From Thermoanaerobaculia bacterium (lineage in GTDB: Bacteria > Acidobacteriota > Thermoanaerobaculia > UBA5066): a stretch of 64,000 nucleotides of DNA. The stretch is from the NCBI GenBank assembly GCA_963719225.1, contig CAVRAY010000002.1:224001-288000 (forward strand), given 5' to 3'. Under the pieces are notes generated by a model. That model worked only from the letters and a program-made list of their open reading frames with translations, was not told where the DNA came from and did no database searches. A program made the translations under genes and the position numbers. This document shows, piece after piece, positions 8,246 to 18,573 of this stretch. The first letter of the stretch is position 1. Every line of letters begins with the position of its first letter.

Positions 8246-9913
8246 GTGCCCGGCCCCATCCGCTATCGGCTCTCCGGCGTGCGCGCCCGCGCGCCGAAGA
8301 GCGTGGACATCCCCCTCGTCGCGCGTGTCCTCGGCGTCCCGCCCGAGAGCCTCTCCGATCTCGTGCTCATCCGTCGCTCCCTGGACGCGAGGCAGAAACC
8401 GGCGCTCTTCTGGGACCTCACGGTGGAATTCTCGTCGGACGCGCCGCTCGCGCCGCGGCTGACGGCTCCCCTGCGCCTGTCCGAGGCGCCCGCGGCCCGC
8501 GCCCCGGAGCTGCTGCTCCCTCCCGCCGAGCGCGCGGCCCGGGTGGCCGTCGTCGGCACCGGGCCGGCCGGCCTCTTCGCGGCCCTCGCTCTCGTGGACG
8601 CCGGCATCCCGGTCACGGTCCTCGAGCGCGGGGACCCGGCCGAGGACCGGTACCGTACGGTGCAGAAGTTCTGGACGTCCGGCGTCTTCGATCCCGAGTC
8701 GAACGTCCAGTTCGGAGAGGGAGGCGCCGGCACGTTCAGCGACGGCAAGCTGACCTGCGGCAAGCGTCACGACAGGATCGCGGTCGTCCTCGAGACGCTG
8801 CACCGCTTCGGGGCTCCTGCGTCGATTCTCGTGGACGCCAAGCCACACATCGGCACGGACCGCCTCGTCGTCGTCCTGCGCAACATCCGCAAGCACCTCC
8901 TCGAGCATGGCGCGACGCTGCGCTATCGCGCGAAGGTCACGGACTTCGCGACGAAGGGCCCGGACAACCGGCTGACGGCCCTGACGCTGGCGTCGGGAGA
9001 GGAGATTCCGGCGGAGCTCGCGATCCTCGCGCTCGGACATTCCGCGCGCGACACGATGGACATGCTTTTCTGCCGCGGCGTCGCGATGACGCGCAAGCAC
9101 TTCGCGATGGGCCTTCGCATCGAGCACCCGCAGGACGCCGTGGACCTCATCCAGTACGCGCAGATCTCGTCGGCCTGCGGCGTGATGCCCGCGGATTACA
9201 AGCAGGCGCACGTCGCGTCGAACGGACGCGGGATTTACACCTTCTGCATGTGTCCGGGCGGCGAGGTCATCGCGTGCTCCTCCGAGCCCTCGGGCGTCGT
9301 GACGAACGGCATGTCGCGCTACAAGCGCTCGTCCGGCTACGCGAACGCAGGGTTGGTCGTCCAGACGCGCGACGAGGACTTCGACGCGCTGGGCGGCGAG
9401 GCGCTCTTCCGCGGCCGCGACCTCCAGCGCCGTGTCGAGGAGGCAGCCTACAGGGCAGCCGGCGAAACGTACGCCGCTCCGGCGCTCCGCGTCACGGACT
9501 TCCTGAAGAGCCGCACGTCGCGCATCTCGCCGCGGGACATTCTCGCGACGACATACGGGCCCGCGGCCGTGCCGTGCCTCTTCGACGGCATCCTGCCCGA
9601 CCCCTATCTCGACGCCCTCGCCGAGGGCCTGCGCGCCTTCGACGAGAGGATGCCGGGCTTCATCTCGGACGAGGCCGTGCTCCTCGCCCCGGAGTCGCGC
9701 ACGTCCTCGCCCGTCCGCATCGAGCGGAACGGATGGTGCGAGTCGCCGACCGTCCCCGGCCTCTTTCCCGCAGGCGAAGGCGCGGGCTTCGCGGGCGGCA
9801 TCGTCTCGGCCGCCCTGGACGGCCTCCGCGTCGCCGCGCACGCACGCGCGAAGCTTGCGGGCGAGCCCTTGCCCGAGGAGAAGTCCACGACGTACACGGG
9901 GCCGGAGTACTGA
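8246..9913 (+). CDS. FAD-dependent oxidoreductase (uncharacterised family)
   Basis: VVGTGPAGLFAA, NVQFGEGGAGTFSDGKL, PHIGTD, TFCMCPGG, ESRTSSPVRI, GEGAGFAGGI; likely GTG start at 8246. Confidence 0.88.
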   Translation: MPGPIRYRLSGVRARAPKSVDIPLVARVLGVPPESLSDLVLIRRSLDARQKPALFWDLTVEFSSDAPLAPRLTAPLRLSEAPAARAPELLLPPAERAARVAVVGTGPAGLFAALALVDAGIPVTVLERGDPAEDRYRTVQKFWTSGVFDPESNVQFGEGGAGTFSDGKLTCGKRHDRIAVVLETLHRFGAPASILVDAKPHIGTDRLVVVLRNIRKHLLEHGATLRYRAKVTDFATKGPDNRLTALTLASGEEIPAELAILALGHSARDTMDMLFCRGVAMTRKHFAMGLRIEHPQDAVDLIQYAQISSACGVMPADYKQAHVASNGRGIYTFCMCPGGEVIACSSEPSGVVTNGMSRYKRSSGYANAGLVVQTRDEDFDALGGEALFRGRDLQRRVEEAAYRAAGETYAAPALRVTDFLKSRTSRISPRDILATTYGPAAVPCLFDGILPDPYLDALAEGLRAFDERMPGFISDEAVLLAPESRTSSPVRIERNGWCESPTVPGLFPAGEGAGFAGGIVSAALDGLRVAAHARAKLAGEPLPEEKSTTYTGPEY

Positions 9914-9931
9914 GGCCTCACGCCGGTTGCT

Positions 9932-11176
9932 TCACGCCCTTGGCCGTTTCGTGACGTGGATCAGGGCGGCTGACGCGAACGCGATCATCAGCGGGTCCGT
10001 GAAGGGAATCCGGAACCGCATCACCACCTGATGCGGGATGTGGGCGAGCCAGATGACGAGAAAGTAGCCGAGGACCCAGATCGTGACGAACCGGTCCCGC
10101 TTCCAGTGCCCTACGAGACCGAGCGCGGCAAGGGTGTAAAGCAGAATGTTGAGGCCCGCGCTGCCGGCGACGGCCGCCCTTCCGTACTCTCGCGGGTCGA
10201 GCCACGGGCGCCAAAACCGCCAGGCCTTCCGGCATGCGAATCCAACCGCCTCGGCCGGATCCCGATCGATGTTCGCGAGGCCCTCGTAAAGCCACGCGCG
10301 GCTTCGTTCCCTCGGTGACCGGCCGGGCGTCGCGATCGCGCGCGCGACCGCGGGTGTCAATTCGGTCTCGAACGCGAGTGCGGCGCGGCGATAGTCGGCC
10401 GCGTCCTGAATGCGCATGATGCGATCCATCTCCGGGTGCGAGCCGCGCCAGAAGCTGAAGCCCGCTGCGTCATTCACGAAAATCAGCTCGTGATAGCGCA
10501 TGGCATTGCGCACGATCCACGGCAGCAACACGACAGCAGCTCCGAGAACGAGAGTGCCCGCCGAGGCCCACCGCGGCTTTCCGATTCCACGCGCGAAGAG
10601 CAACGTGCAGCCGGCGAACGCAATCGCCACGAGTCCAGCCGGTCGCGTCAGTGCCGCGAGCGCGAACGCGCCTCCGCCGAGCAGGGCGCTCCTGGTGTTG
10701 CCGTCTCCAAGAGCTTTCAGGAACCCCCAGGTCCCGAGGGTCAGGAAGAACATGAACAGGGGTTCCGTCCTGACGTCACCGACGCCGAGAATGAAGAACG
10801 GATTCAGCGCCGCGAGGAGAGCTGACACGGTTGCAGCCCCCGAGGACGCGAAGAGCAGCCAGGCGATCTCGCCGAGGACGAGCGCGGTGCCCGAATCACA
10901 TGCGGCAAGCGCGACTTTCACTACGACGACACGCTCGGGCTGACAGAGCGTCGTCGCCGCGATGAAGAAAGGAAGAGCCGGCGCGCGAAAGAAGGGAAGG
11001 GTCCCGCGATCCGGATATTCGTGCTCCCGGCAAAGATGACTGGCCGTCGCGAGATAGTCCCGCTCATCCCCGAACGAAACGGCGCCGGGGCCGTTCACCG
11101 AGATCGCCCCCACACGGACGGCAAAGGCAACCGCGAAGATCGCGAGCCGCAGCCTCCTGTACGGGCATTCCATCAT
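9932..11176 (-). CDS. GT-C membrane glycosyltransferase (ArnT/PMT_2-like)
   Basis: GDERDY, FRAPALPFF, RTEPLF, ALTRP, LPWIVRN; many TM helices. Confidence 0.75.
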   Translation of the reverse strand: MMECPYRRLRLAIFAVAFAVRVGAISVNGPGAVSFGDERDYLATASHLCREHEYPDRGTLPFFRAPALPFFIAATTLCQPERVVVVKVALAACDSGTALVLGEIAWLLFASSGAATVSALLAALNPFFILGVGDVRTEPLFMFFLTLGTWGFLKALGDGNTRSALLGGGAFALAALTRPAGLVAIAFAGCTLLFARGIGKPRWASAGTLVLGAAVVLLPWIVRNAMRYHELIFVNDAAGFSFWRGSHPEMDRIMRIQDAADYRRAALAFETELTPAVARAIATPGRSPRERSRAWLYEGLANIDRDPAEAVGFACRKAWRFWRPWLDPREYGRAAVAGSAGLNILLYTLAALGLVGHWKRDRFVTIWVLGYFLVIWLAHIPHQVVMRFRIPFTDPLMIAFASAALIHVTKRPRA

Positions 11177-11288
11177 TCGTGAGGCATCGCTGCTGAAGGC
11201 GCCACGGCCTCACGTTACCGCTTCATCGCGAAACTCGACGTGTTCCGTCGACGCCCGAACGGGTTATGCCGTGTAAAGATTCCTCCCG

Positions 11289-13244
11289 ATGCGCCGCGTC
11301 CTCGTCGGCACTGCCGGCCACATCGACCACGGGAAGAGCGCGCTCGTCCGGGCGCTCACGGGGACGGATCCCGACCGCCTGCCCGAGGAGAAGGCGCGCG
11401 GGATCACGATTGACCTCGGGTTCGCGCACGCGACGTGGGACGGGACGACGTTCTCGTTCGTGGACGTGCCCGGGCACGAGAAGTTCGTGCGCACGATGGT
11501 GGCGGGGGCGCAGGGCGTGGACCTCGTCCTCCTCGCGGTCGCCTCCGACGACTCCGTCATGCCGCAGACGCGCGAGCACCTCGACATCCTGAAGCTCCTG
11601 GGCGTGACGTCCGGCGTCGTCACCCGCACGAAGAGCGACCTCGTCGACGCGGAGACCGGCGCGCTCGTCGAGGAGGAGATCCGCGACCTCGTGAAGGGCT
11701 CCTTTCTCGCGAACGCCCCGATCCAGGCCGTGTCCGCGGTGACCGGCGAGGGACTCGAGGCCCTGCGCCGTCACCTGACGATCGCCGCGGCACATCTCGC
11801 GCGCGAGGACCGGAGCCGCCGCACGGCCCGGGTCTTCCTCGACCGCGCCTTCACGATGAAGGGCTTCGGCCCCGTCGTGACGGGCACGCTCGACGGGGGG
11901 CGCCTCGCCCCCGAGGACTCGCTCACGCTTTTTCCCGAAAGGCTCGACGTGAGGGTGCGGCGGCTCGAAGTGCACGGCGAGGAGCGCGCGCACGCCGAGG
12001 CGGGCGAGAGGACGAGCCTGAACCTCGCCGGCGTCGAGCGCGCGACGCTGCGCCGCGGCCAGGCCCTCGTCGCGCGCGGGGGGCTCGAGCCTTCCTCCGT
12101 CCTCACGGTCGAAATCACGTGGCTCCCGTCCGCCGTCTCTCCGATCGAGGACGGCGCGCGGCTGCGCGTCCACCTCGGCACGACCGACGTCGCCGGGCGT
12201 GTCCACCGCCTCGGTGGAAGCGTCGAGGCTCCGGGCGGCCGCGCGTTCTCTCCCGGCTCGACCGGCTTCGCGCAGATCACTCTCGACGCGCCGCTGCCCG
12301 CCCGCCCGGGCGACCGGTTCGTTCTCCGCCGTCCCTCGCCTGCCGCGACGGTCGGCGGCGGGCGCGTGCTCGACGCCGGGCGCCCGCGCCTTCGGCGCCG
12401 GAGCGGCGCGGACCTCGAGCGCGTGCTCTCGGTCCTCGGGAAGGGTGACGAGAGGGACCTCGCGGAGCTCTTCATCCTCGAAGCCGGCCCGGGAGGCCTC
12501 ACCGCGGCGCGTCTCGCTCTTCGGCTCGGCGTGGCCGCTTCCGCGGCGGCGGCCCTGCTCGATGCGCTCGCCTCCTCGGGAAAAGCTCTCCGCATCGCGC
12601 CCGCGCTCTACGCCCACGCGAGCGTTGCGTTCTCCCTCGGCGAGCGGGTGACGGCCGCGTTCGCCGAGCGCCGGAAGAGCGGCACCGCGTCCGCTTCGTT
12701 CGGCAAGGGCGAATTCGCGGAGCGCCTCGCCCGCGGACTCTCTCCGGCCGCCGTGGACGGCTGGATCGCCGTTCTCGCCGCTTCGAAAAAGCTCGCGCTC
12801 GACGGCGACCGCATCGCACCGCCCGGCGCGAGGGCCGCCGATCTCGAGGGAGCCGCCGCGTCCTTCGCCGCGAAGATCGAAGCTGCCTATCGCGCGGCGG
12901 CTTTCGAGCCCCCGAAGCTCTCGGATCTCGCGGCCAACGTCGGCACGAAAGCGGCCGTCGTGGACGGCCTCGTGTCGCACCTCGTGAAATCCGGAATCCT
13001 CGTGCGCCTCTCGCCCGACCTCGTCGTCCACCGGGACGTCTCGGCCGCGGCGGAAAAGAAGCTCGAGTCGGTGCGGGGGCAGACGCTTGGCGTCGCCGGC
13101 TTCCGGGATCTCCTCGGGCTCACGCGCAAGACGCTCATCCCGCTCCTCGAGCACTTCGACGCGAAGAAGCTCACCCGCAGATCGGGGGACGTCCGAAAGG
13201 TCGAAGAGACCGTCAGCGTGCCGAAGCGCGCAGGTTCTTCTTGA
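11289..13244 (+). CDS. selB: Selenocysteine-specific translation elongation factor
   Basis: GTAGHIDHGKS, DRLPEEKARGITIDLGFA, DVPGHEKF, TKSD; C-terminal winged helices ending GLTRK..IPLLEHFD. Confidence 0.95.
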   Translation: MRRVLVGTAGHIDHGKSALVRALTGTDPDRLPEEKARGITIDLGFAHATWDGTTFSFVDVPGHEKFVRTMVAGAQGVDLVLLAVASDDSVMPQTREHLDILKLLGVTSGVVTRTKSDLVDAETGALVEEEIRDLVKGSFLANAPIQAVSAVTGEGLEALRRHLTIAAAHLAREDRSRRTARVFLDRAFTMKGFGPVVTGTLDGGRLAPEDSLTLFPERLDVRVRRLEVHGEERAHAEAGERTSLNLAGVERATLRRGQALVARGGLEPSSVLTVEITWLPSAVSPIEDGARLRVHLGTTDVAGRVHRLGGSVEAPGGRAFSPGSTGFAQITLDAPLPARPGDRFVLRRPSPAATVGGGRVLDAGRPRLRRRSGADLERVLSVLGKGDERDLAELFILEAGPGGLTAARLALRLGVAASAAAALLDALASSGKALRIAPALYAHASVAFSLGERVTAAFAERRKSGTASASFGKGEFAERLARGLSPAAVDGWIAVLAASKKLALDGDRIAPPGARAADLEGAAASFAAKIEAAYRAAAFEPPKLSDLAANVGTKAAVVDGLVSHLVKSGILVRLSPDLVVHRDVSAAAEKKLESVRGQTLGVAGFRDLLGLTRKTLIPLLEHFDAKKLTRRSGDVRKVEETVSVPKRAGSS

Positions 13245-14106
13245 CGACGCGCTCGCTCTTTTTCTTCGCCGAATCGAGCGTGTAGTCGAGCGTCGCGTCG
13301 AGCGTCATCCAGCACGAGACCGGACGGCCGCCCGAGCGCGCCGGCGTGAACCGCCACTTGGAGGCGAACCGCTTCATCCAGATCCCGAGGAGAGGTTCCG
13401 TCTCGCCGGTGGGCAGGAAGCGGCTGACGACCCCCTGCTCCGAGACCTCGACGAGCACCGTGGTGCGGGCCCTGACGCGAGCCGCGTCGAAGCTCCAGGG
13501 AGTCTTCTCCGGCGAGGGCAGAACGTCCACGTCCTCGATCGAGACGGCGACGGGGTCCTTGGGCTCGATGTCGCGGGGATATAGCGCCATCCACCCGTCG
13601 CCGGAGGTGTCACGGACCGTGGGAACGAGCGGATCCCCCTTGCGCAGCGCCTCGAGCGTGAAACCCGTGAAGATCCCCTTCTCGAGCGAGATCGCGAGGT
13701 CGATCGAGTACGTCGCCCACGTCTGAACGGGCTGAGAGCCCTTCTTCGCGGGCGTGAACCGCCAGCGGGGAACGAGCGCCGCGAGCGGCGCCGCGAGCCC
13801 CTTGAGCGGCGGCTCGACGGGAACGGCTTCCACGACGCGACCCGTCTCGAGGAGATGGAGGGAAAGAACGAGCGGTTGGCGCGTCTCGAGGTCCTGGGGA
13901 TTCGCCCTCTCCAGGAGCTTCGGCGCCTCGTCGAACGGCCGGAAGAGCGGGTGAGCGTACACGACCTCGGCGGCCGTCACACGCATGGGATCGGGCAGCG
14001 CGTCGACGGGGCGGGCCGCGGGGAGCGGTGCCGGCACGGACACCTGCGCGCGCGCGAGCCCCGCACCTGCGAGGATCGCGAAAACGACGAGGAAAAAGGG
14101 GCGCAT
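13213..14106 (-). CDS. Secreted protein with two TonB C-terminal-like domains
   Basis: Signal peptide MRPFFLVVFAILAGAGLARA; two repeats ending RWRFTPAKKGSQPV and KWRFTPARSGGRPV. Confidence 0.6.
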   Translation of the reverse strand: MRPFFLVVFAILAGAGLARAQVSVPAPLPAARPVDALPDPMRVTAAEVVYAHPLFRPFDEAPKLLERANPQDLETRQPLVLSLHLLETGRVVEAVPVEPPLKGLAAPLAALVPRWRFTPAKKGSQPVQTWATYSIDLAISLEKGIFTGFTLEALRKGDPLVPTVRDTSGDGWMALYPRDIEPKDPVAVSIEDVDVLPSPEKTPWSFDAARVRARTTVLVEVSEQGVVSRFLPTGETEPLLGIWMKRFASKWRFTPARSGGRPVSCWMTLDATLDYTLDSAKKKSERVVKKNLRASAR

Positions 14107-14144
14107 CTCCGCGATTCTAGCGGCACGCAAGGTCGGGCAGCCCG

Positions 14145-16904
14145 TCACTTCGTCTCCGCCCAGTTTCGGCCCGTGCCGACGGCCACCGTGAGGGGCACGC
14201 CGAGCTCCGCCGCGCCTTCCATCGTCGTCTTCGCGAGCGCCGCCGTCCTTTCGGCCAGGGCTTCCGGGCATTCCAGGACGAGCTCGTCGTGCACCTGAAG
14301 GAGAAGTCGCGCCTCGGGAATTTCGCGCGAGAGCGCCGCGCTCAAATTGATCATCGCCTTCTTGATGAGATCGGCCGCCGAGCCCTGGAAGGGCGCGTTC
14401 ATCGCCATGCGCTCCGCGTTCGCGCGGACGTTGTGGTTGCGGTCGTGGAGGCCGGGGATGGGTCTCACGCGGCCGAAGATCGTCTCGGTGCCGCCGGTCG
14501 CGCGCGCCTTCTCGAGGATCGCGTCGAGGCACGCGCGAATCCGCGGAAACCGGTCGAAGTAGGCGGTGATGAACGTCTTCGCCTCGCCCCGCGAGACCCC
14601 GAGCTGCGCGGCGAGCGCGAACGGACCCATGCCGTAGAGCACGCCGAAGTTGATCGTCTTGGCGCTGCGCCTCTGATTCCCCGTGACCGCTTCCGGCGCG
14701 ACCGAGAAGATCCTCGCCGCCGTCGCGCGGTGCACGTCCTCGCCGCGCCGGAACGTTTCGAGCAGCGCCTCGTCTCCCGCGAGATGGGCGAGAAGGCGCA
14801 GCTCGATCTGCGAGTAATCGGCGGCGACGAGGATGCATCCCTCAGCCGCGACGAAGGCGCGGCGGATCGCGAGGCCCGCCTCCGTGCGGATCGGGATGTT
14901 CTGGAGGTTCGGCGCGTTCGAGGAGAGGCGCCCGGTGGCGGCGACGGCCTGGTCGTACCGCGTGTGGATGCGCCCGTCCCCCGCGATCGAGCCCGGGAGC
15001 GCGTCCACGTAAGTGCCTTTGAGCTTCGAGATCTCCCGCCACTCGAGGACGAGGCCCGGCACCGGCCCCGACGACAGCGCGGCGAGCTCTTCGAGGACGT
15101 CCGAGCCCGTCGCCCAGGATTTCGTCTTGGCGGTCTTCTTCACGGCCGGGTAGCCGAGCTTCTCGAACAGGATTCGCCCGAGCTGCGGAGGCGAGCCGAT
15201 GTTGAACGGCTCCCCCGCCGCCTCGTGGATCTTCCGTTCGAGCTCGGCGAGGCGCGCGTCGAACTCCTTCGAGAGCACCGCGAGGACGCCGCGGTCCACG
15301 GCGACCCCCGCGATCTCCATGCGCGCGAGGACGGGGACGAGCGGCAGCTCGAGCTCCTCGAGGACGCGGGCGAGAGGCGAACCTGGGGCGAGGCGGGGAA
15401 GGAGCGCGTCCATGAGCGCGAGCGGGAGGCGCGCACGGGGAGCGAGGAACCGCCGGCCGGCTTCGGAGGCGAGGACCTCGAGAGTCGCGGGGCCGCCCGA
15501 AGCGAGCTCCTTCAGCGTCGGGACCGCCTCCGGCGGGAGATTCAGGATGCCGCGCGCGTCGCCGACGAGGTCGTGCGCATGGACGCCCGGCGAGACCACG
15601 TAGCTCGCGAGCATGGAGTCGGAGACCCGCGCGGGAGGCGCAATGCCGAGCGCGTCGGCCGCGAGAAAGAGGCGCTTGGAATCGTGGGCCACGACGAGAA
15701 CGCGCGCAAAGATCTCCGCGAGCGCCTTCGTGCCCGCGCCGTCGATCGCGAAGGCGGCGGTCTCGCCGCCGGGGACGGCCACGACCGCCGCGAGCGGCGG
15801 CGCCGGCCAGGGACAGCCGGGCCCGCACTCCACGTGGACCGCGGCGCGGCCGGCGCGCGCGGCGGCCTCGACGGGCGCGGCGAGGCCGGCGGCGTCCGCG
15901 ATCCACCGCACGTCCTCCTGAGATGCGTTCGAAGAGGGAGATTCTTCGAAAAGCGAGAGGGTCGCGGGCTCGGAGACAGCTGTCGCCTTCCCGGCGGTGC
16001 CCTTCGACGAAATTCCCGATTCGAGCAGCTCTTTCTTCAGCTTCGCGAAGCCCAGCTCCTCGTAGAACGCCGCGAGCTCTTTCACCGCATCGTCGGTAAG
16101 CGGCCGGATGCGGAAGTGCTCGAGAAGCTCCGCGGGAGCGGCGGGCAGGGGCCGATCGCAGCGCACGGTCGCGAGCGCTCTCGATCGGAACGCGTCCTCC
16201 CGACCGCCCGCCAGGGTCTCCTTGCGCTTGCCTTTCACCTCTTCCAGCCGGGCGTAGACGTCCTCGAGCGAGCCGAACGTCGAGATGAGCTCCTTCGCCG
16301 TTTTCTCGCCGATCCCCCGGACGCCGGGGATGTTGTCGGACGAGTCGCCCATGAGCGCGAGGACGTCGACGACCTGCGACGGCTTCACGCCGAAGAACTC
16401 CTTCACGCCCTTCTCGTCGAGCACGGCGTCTTTCGCGGGGTGGTAGACGGCGACGTCCGGGTCCTTCACGAGCTGGAACAGATCCTTGTCCGCCGAACAG
16501 ATTTCCGCGTGGAAGCCGGCCTCCTTCGCAACGCATGCGATCGACCCGATGAGATCGTCCGCTTCGTACCCCGCCTCTTCGACGACGGCGAGGCCGAGCA
16601 GGCGGCAGAGCCGCTTGGCATCCTCGATCTGCGGCACGAGGTCGTCGGGCATGGCCTGCCGCTGGGCCTTGTACGTCGCATCCATCTCCGCCCGGAACGT
16701 CTTCTCGTACCGGTCGAAAGCGACCGCGACGGCCGCCGGCTTGCGGTCCGTCGCGTACTTCCGCCACATGTTGAGGAACCCGTAGACCGCGTTCGTCGGC
16801 CGCCCTCCGGGCCCGGTCAGCCCGCGGATCGCGTAGAACGCACGGTAGAGATAGTTCGAGGCGTCGATCAGGGCGATCGTGGGGCGGGGATTCTGGTCGG
16901 TCAT
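14145..16904 (-). CDS. polA: DNA polymerase I
   Basis: 5' exonuclease LIDASNYLYRAFY, EADD, GDSSDNIPGV.GIG.K; polymerase motifs DYSQIELR, AKTINFGVLYG, LQVHDEL; start MTDQ at 16904. Confidence 0.96.
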   Translation of the reverse strand: MTDQNPRPTIALIDASNYLYRAFYAIRGLTGPGGRPTNAVYGFLNMWRKYATDRKPAAVAVAFDRYEKTFRAEMDATYKAQRQAMPDDLVPQIEDAKRLCRLLGLAVVEEAGYEADDLIGSIACVAKEAGFHAEICSADKDLFQLVKDPDVAVYHPAKDAVLDEKGVKEFFGVKPSQVVDVLALMGDSSDNIPGVRGIGEKTAKELISTFGSLEDVYARLEEVKGKRKETLAGGREDAFRSRALATVRCDRPLPAAPAELLEHFRIRPLTDDAVKELAAFYEELGFAKLKKELLESGISSKGTAGKATAVSEPATLSLFEESPSSNASQEDVRWIADAAGLAAPVEAAARAGRAAVHVECGPGCPWPAPPLAAVVAVPGGETAAFAIDGAGTKALAEIFARVLVVAHDSKRLFLAADALGIAPPARVSDSMLASYVVSPGVHAHDLVGDARGILNLPPEAVPTLKELASGGPATLEVLASEAGRRFLAPRARLPLALMDALLPRLAPGSPLARVLEELELPLVPVLARMEIAGVAVDRGVLAVLSKEFDARLAELERKIHEAAGEPFNIGSPPQLGRILFEKLGYPAVKKTAKTKSWATGSDVLEELAALSSGPVPGLVLEWREISKLKGTYVDALPGSIAGDGRIHTRYDQAVAATGRLSSNAPNLQNIPIRTEAGLAIRRAFVAAEGCILVAADYSQIELRLLAHLAGDEALLETFRRGEDVHRATAARIFSVAPEAVTGNQRRSAKTINFGVLYGMGPFALAAQLGVSRGEAKTFITAYFDRFPRIRACLDAILEKARATGGTETIFGRVRPIPGLHDRNHNVRANAERMAMNAPFQGSAADLIKKAMINLSAALSREIPEARLLLQVHDELVLECPEALAERTAALAKTTMEGAAELGVPLTVAVGTGRNWAETK

Positions 16905-16933
16905 CGAGGAGCGGCCTCGGGCGGCGCGCGCGA

Positions 16934-18520
16934 TCACTCTACACTCGGGGCGGGCTCTCGCGAACGGGCCCCGACGTCCACGTCGGGCGGCGCGAGGTCG
17001 CGGCGGGCGAGCCGCAGCGCGAGGCGGACCGTGGGCCACACGGGGGGATCTGCCGGGAGCCGAAGGCGGATCGGCCCGCTCAGCGGCGCCTGGGCCACCG
17101 CCGCCTTGACGGCCGCGATCTCCGCAGGCCCATACGTAAACCGGTAGGCCGCGCGCGCCTCGCGCTCCTTTCGCCAGTGTCCGGCGTCGAGCGTCAGGAA
17201 CAAGAGCAGGGCGGCGGCGGCGAGCGTCGCCCCCTGCGCCTTTTCGCCCAGAGTCGCGGCGACCGCCGCGAATCCGGCAAGCGCCGCCGCGAAAAGAGCC
17301 GGCACGAGGCACGCGAGGTAGCGTGCCTCCACGGGATAGTCGTTCAGCGACATGAGAAGGACGGGCCAGATCGCGAAGAGCGCGAGCGCCCGGCGCGTCC
17401 GGTCGCGCGGGAGGACGAGCGCGAGCAGGAGTCCGAGAAGAACGAAGGCGGCGGGGCCTGCGCCGAGCGTCCAGTCGTCACGGAGAAAGCTCCCGAACGC
17501 CGCCAGCTTCGCGAGCGGGTTCCGCTCGGGCGCGTCGGTCGGCTGGAAGATCTGCCGGTACCAGCCGCGCACGTTCGCGGGGTCGAGACACCACGCGGCC
17601 GGAGGCAGGAGGCCGAAGACGACGAGATCGCGGAACGTTCCGGAAGCGGCGATCCATGCGTCCGAGAGGGCCCGCCGGCGCGCGGCGCCGAGGAGGATCA
17701 GGAGAACGAAGGCCCCCCAGAGGACGTTCGACACGCTCGGCACGCGCGACGCGAGGGTGTCTCCCCCTCGTGCTTCGAGAAAGAGCCGGATCGCCGCGAG
17801 AGCCGCCGCAAGTCCGAGGATTCCCGCACCCGCGCCGCGCGCGAAAACGGCACGCGCCGTCTTACCGAGGAGTCTTCGCGCGTCGGGACTTTCCTCCGCG
17901 AGCACGACGGCGAGGAACGTCGCGAGCACGAAGAATCCATAGTGGTACTTCAGGAAAAAGAGCGCGGTCCCGGCGAGGAACGCGGCCCGCTGCGCGCGAC
18001 GTGAAGGGCGCTGCGAAAAACAGAGCCACGCGACGAGCGTCAGCGACCCTCCGAGGCTCTCGAGCATCGGCCATGCGGAGATCTCGAGGAGCATCGGAGA
18101 TCCGAGGAACACAATCGCGACGAGGAAAGCCGTCGCGGCCGCCGCGAGGAGCCCGCCCGGAATCAGGCGGCGCACGAGGAGAAACCCCGCGGCGGGCGCG
18201 AGGACGAACGCCACGAAGCTCGGCAGGCTCGCGGCGGGAAGCGACGGCCCGAAGGCGGCCTGGAAGGGCGCGCTCGCGAAGGCCCAGGCCGGCCCCCACC
18301 AGTGCCGGCTGAGGAGGAGACCCAGCGCGTCGAAAGGACGCAGGAGCCTCAGATCGTCCACGAGGTCGAGACCCTCGGTCGCGTGCAACGCGGCGTCCCA
18401 ACCGAGAGAAAAGACCGACTGTCTCTCCAGCGCTTGCCCGCGAAACGAAAGCGCCGCGGCGAAGGCTAGCGCGACGAGAACCGCAGCCAGCGTTTTCTCG
18501 ATAGTTTCTTCGCGCCGCAT
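16934..18520 (-). CDS. Polytopic membrane protein, probable GT-C glycosyltransferase
   Basis: WDAALH, PMLES, KYHYG, EARY motifs; about 11-13 TM segments. Confidence 0.55.
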   Translation of the reverse strand: MRREETIEKTLAAVLVALAFAAALSFRGQALERQSVFSLGWDAALHATEGLDLVDDLRLLRPFDALGLLLSRHWWGPAWAFASAPFQAAFGPSLPAASLPSFVAFVLAPAAGFLLVRRLIPGGLLAAAATAFLVAIVFLGSPMLLEISAWPMLESLGGSLTLVAWLCFSQRPSRRAQRAAFLAGTALFFLKYHYGFFVLATFLAVVLAEESPDARRLLGKTARAVFARGAGAGILGLAAALAAIRLFLEARGGDTLASRVPSVSNVLWGAFVLLILLGAARRRALSDAWIAASGTFRDLVVFGLLPPAAWCLDPANVRGWYRQIFQPTDAPERNPLAKLAAFGSFLRDDWTLGAGPAAFVLLGLLLALVLPRDRTRRALALFAIWPVLLMSLNDYPVEARYLACLVPALFAAALAGFAAVAATLGEKAQGATLAAAALLLFLTLDAGHWRKEREARAAYRFTYGPAEIAAVKAAVAQAPLSGPIRLRLPADPPVWPTVRLALRLARRDLAPPDVDVGARSREPAPSVE

Positions 18521-18573
18521 CGCGCGCCGAGTCTATCGGCCCGGTTCACCCGTACAATCGAGGACGAGGCGCG

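Noticed and set aside
11289-13244. Possible selenoprotein genes (in-frame TGA) near selB
   Set aside because: I saw no gene with a TGA at a conserved Cys position; iscA, the Fe-S protein and the others use Cys. No selA, selC or selD in the window.
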